A stretch of DNA of 47,115 bases. Source: Candidatus Methanophagales archaeon (GTDB taxonomy: Archaea > Halobacteriota > Syntropharchaeia > Alkanophagales > Methanospirareceae). The stretch lies in the NCBI GenBank assembly GCA_023131215.1, contig JAGLZV010000097.1, positions 1 to 47,115 of the forward strand, given 5' to 3'. Of this stretch, positions 46,111 through 47,115 are shown one piece after another. The first letter of the stretch is position 1. Each line of letters opens with the position of its first letter. Position numbers and translations under genes: made by a program. The notes under the pieces were generated by a model that worked only from the letters and a program-made list of their open reading frames with translations, was not told where the DNA came from and ran no database searches.

Positions 46111-46686
46111 TTGCCTGAAATAGAAAAAGAAGGAAATGGATTCGAAGAAGAAATGCTGGAGCAAATATTGAAGACTGCCGCTTTAAAGTCCCTGATTTAT
46201 TTGCAATTCTTTATTGGCAGACTGATCAAAGTCGAATCGCTATCCATCCACTGGACAGCTAAGCAATTAAGAATAGGAAAGGATTATGTTATATCCGGGA
46301 TAGAGTTAAGAGCGAAAAGTGAGCTGGTTGGAAGCATATACCTTATATTTCCATTCGAAATCGCACACCGACTTACAAAAGATATGTACGGGGAGTTGAT
46401 TCCGGAGATTTATCATAAACATGTTTTAGATATGGTCGAGGAGATGACCAATATTGTTTCTGTTCCTCTCAGTGAGACCGCCACTTTTTTTTCACGTAAT
46501 ACGCCTGTCATTCCTTCGGTTGCTCGTATAGTCGGCTACGATGAATTCAAATCTTTACCGTTAGCGGAGGCATTGGCTTTAGAATTAAAAATGGATGGCG
46601 AAATGAACGGGAATATATACTTTGTGATGGAGGAAGGAACCGTAAAGAAACTAAAGAGAATGCTGAGAAGGAGGGAGAGGGAGTAG
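46111..46686 (+). CDS. CheC/CheX-like protein
   Basis: GSIYLIFP, DMVEEMTNI (ExxN), GNIYFV; follows cheY. Confidence 0.6.
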   Translation: MPEIEKEGNGFEEEMLEQILKTAALKSLIYLQFFIGRLIKVESLSIHWTAKQLRIGKDYVISGIELRAKSELVGSIYLIFPFEIAHRLTKDMYGELIPEIYHKHVLDMVEEMTNIVSVPLSETATFFSRNTPVIPSVARIVGYDEFKSLPLAEALALELKMDGEMNGNIYFVMEEGTVKKLKRMLRRRERE

Positions 46687-46733
46687 ATACAGGATACAAG
46701 ATGCAGGATACATAATACAGGATGCAAGATGCG
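46686..46733 (+). repeat. Tandem 7-mer array GAT(G/A)CA(G/A) upstream of the four-helix-bundle gene
   Basis: About 7 units: GATACAG GATACAA GATGCAG GATACAT AATACAG GATGCAA GATGCG. Confidence 0.85.
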
Positions 46734-46742
46734 GGGAGGGAG

Positions 46743-46982
46743 ATGGCATTTCAGACGTATAAGGATTTGGAAATATATCAATTGAGCCATGAATTGGCAA
46801 TTAAAATTCACAAGGTAAGCCTTAGCTTGCCGAAATTTGAATTATATGAAGAAGGGAGTCAAGTGAGGAGAGCGGCTAAGTCCATTCCAGCCAATATCGT
46901 TGAGGGATTTGGTCGCAGGCGATATAAAAATGAATTTATCAGATTTCTCACATTCGCATTAGCATCATGTGATGAAAGGTAG
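46743..46982 (+). pseudogene. Four-helix-bundle (23S rRNA IVP-like) protein truncated by an IS insertion
   Basis: YKDLEIYQ...[30 protein letters not shown]...F.RFL..A.AS..E, then a premature stop supplied by the IS end. Confidence 0.8.
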
Positions 46983-47115
46983 TGTCCTAACGTGCAGTTG
47001 ATATATAGGTAGATTAGCTACCTATATTTATGACAAATAACAAATTAGAGGCAGATCCTAAAAAGGAGTTTTGCTCTGATCCAAACTGCCGTGATTACGG
47101 CAAACGGGGTGTGGG
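46978..47115 (+). mobile_element. Left end of an IS1-family-like insertion sequence (partial)
   Basis: Begins GGTAGTG at the point where the host gene breaks; transposase-like ORF follows. Confidence 0.65.
47030..47115 (+). CDS. N-terminus of an IS1-like transposase (partial)
   Basis: MTNNKLEADPKKEFCSDPNCRDYGKRGV resembles the FCPNxxCxxYG zinc-finger start of archaeal IS1-like transposases. Confidence 0.6.
   Translation, partial: MTNNKLEADPKKEFCSDPNCRDYGKRGV

Noticed and set aside
46983..47027. GTCCTAAC followed by a hairpin as another attC
   Set aside because: No matching GTT core; it lies within the IS-like left end just before the transposase start

Overview
Archaeal chromosomal window. 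Gene content (thermosome, archaeal CCA enzyme, RFC, tRNA-Gln with an A1-U72 pair) and dense intergenic palindromic repeats suggest Methanomicrobia, possibly ANME-1/Methanophagales; this is an inference. Backbone genes are a Feo iron-uptake operon, a thermosome-like gene, ttuA/ncsA, an NDP-sugar synthase, gatC, a cation/H+ antiporter, cca, purC, hisB, an rfcS-like gene, moaA, tRNA-Gln, trpA, a GH38 mannosidase and a partial chemotaxis cluster. Three accessory/defence blocks interrupt the backbone: (i) HEPN-MNT, Mrr and a predicted nuclease at 1-4.5 kb; (ii) radC, a fused restriction/methylase and an S subunit at 15-20.5 kb; (iii) a decayed integron-like array at 22.65-31.7 kb. Block (iii) is not visible in the ORF track. 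It has an integrase C-terminal remnant (IYTHV...KSPLD), two similar attI-like sites and several attC-like sites. One cassette is an intact herA-nurA-DNA adenine methyltransferase operon without mre11/rad50, the best candidate here for an undescribed restriction-modification-like defence system. A ~43 bp double-hairpin element occurs three times, once in frame inside the RFC gene. An IS1-like element truncates a four-helix-bundle gene at the right edge. All family calls come from motif recognition by eye; no searches were run.
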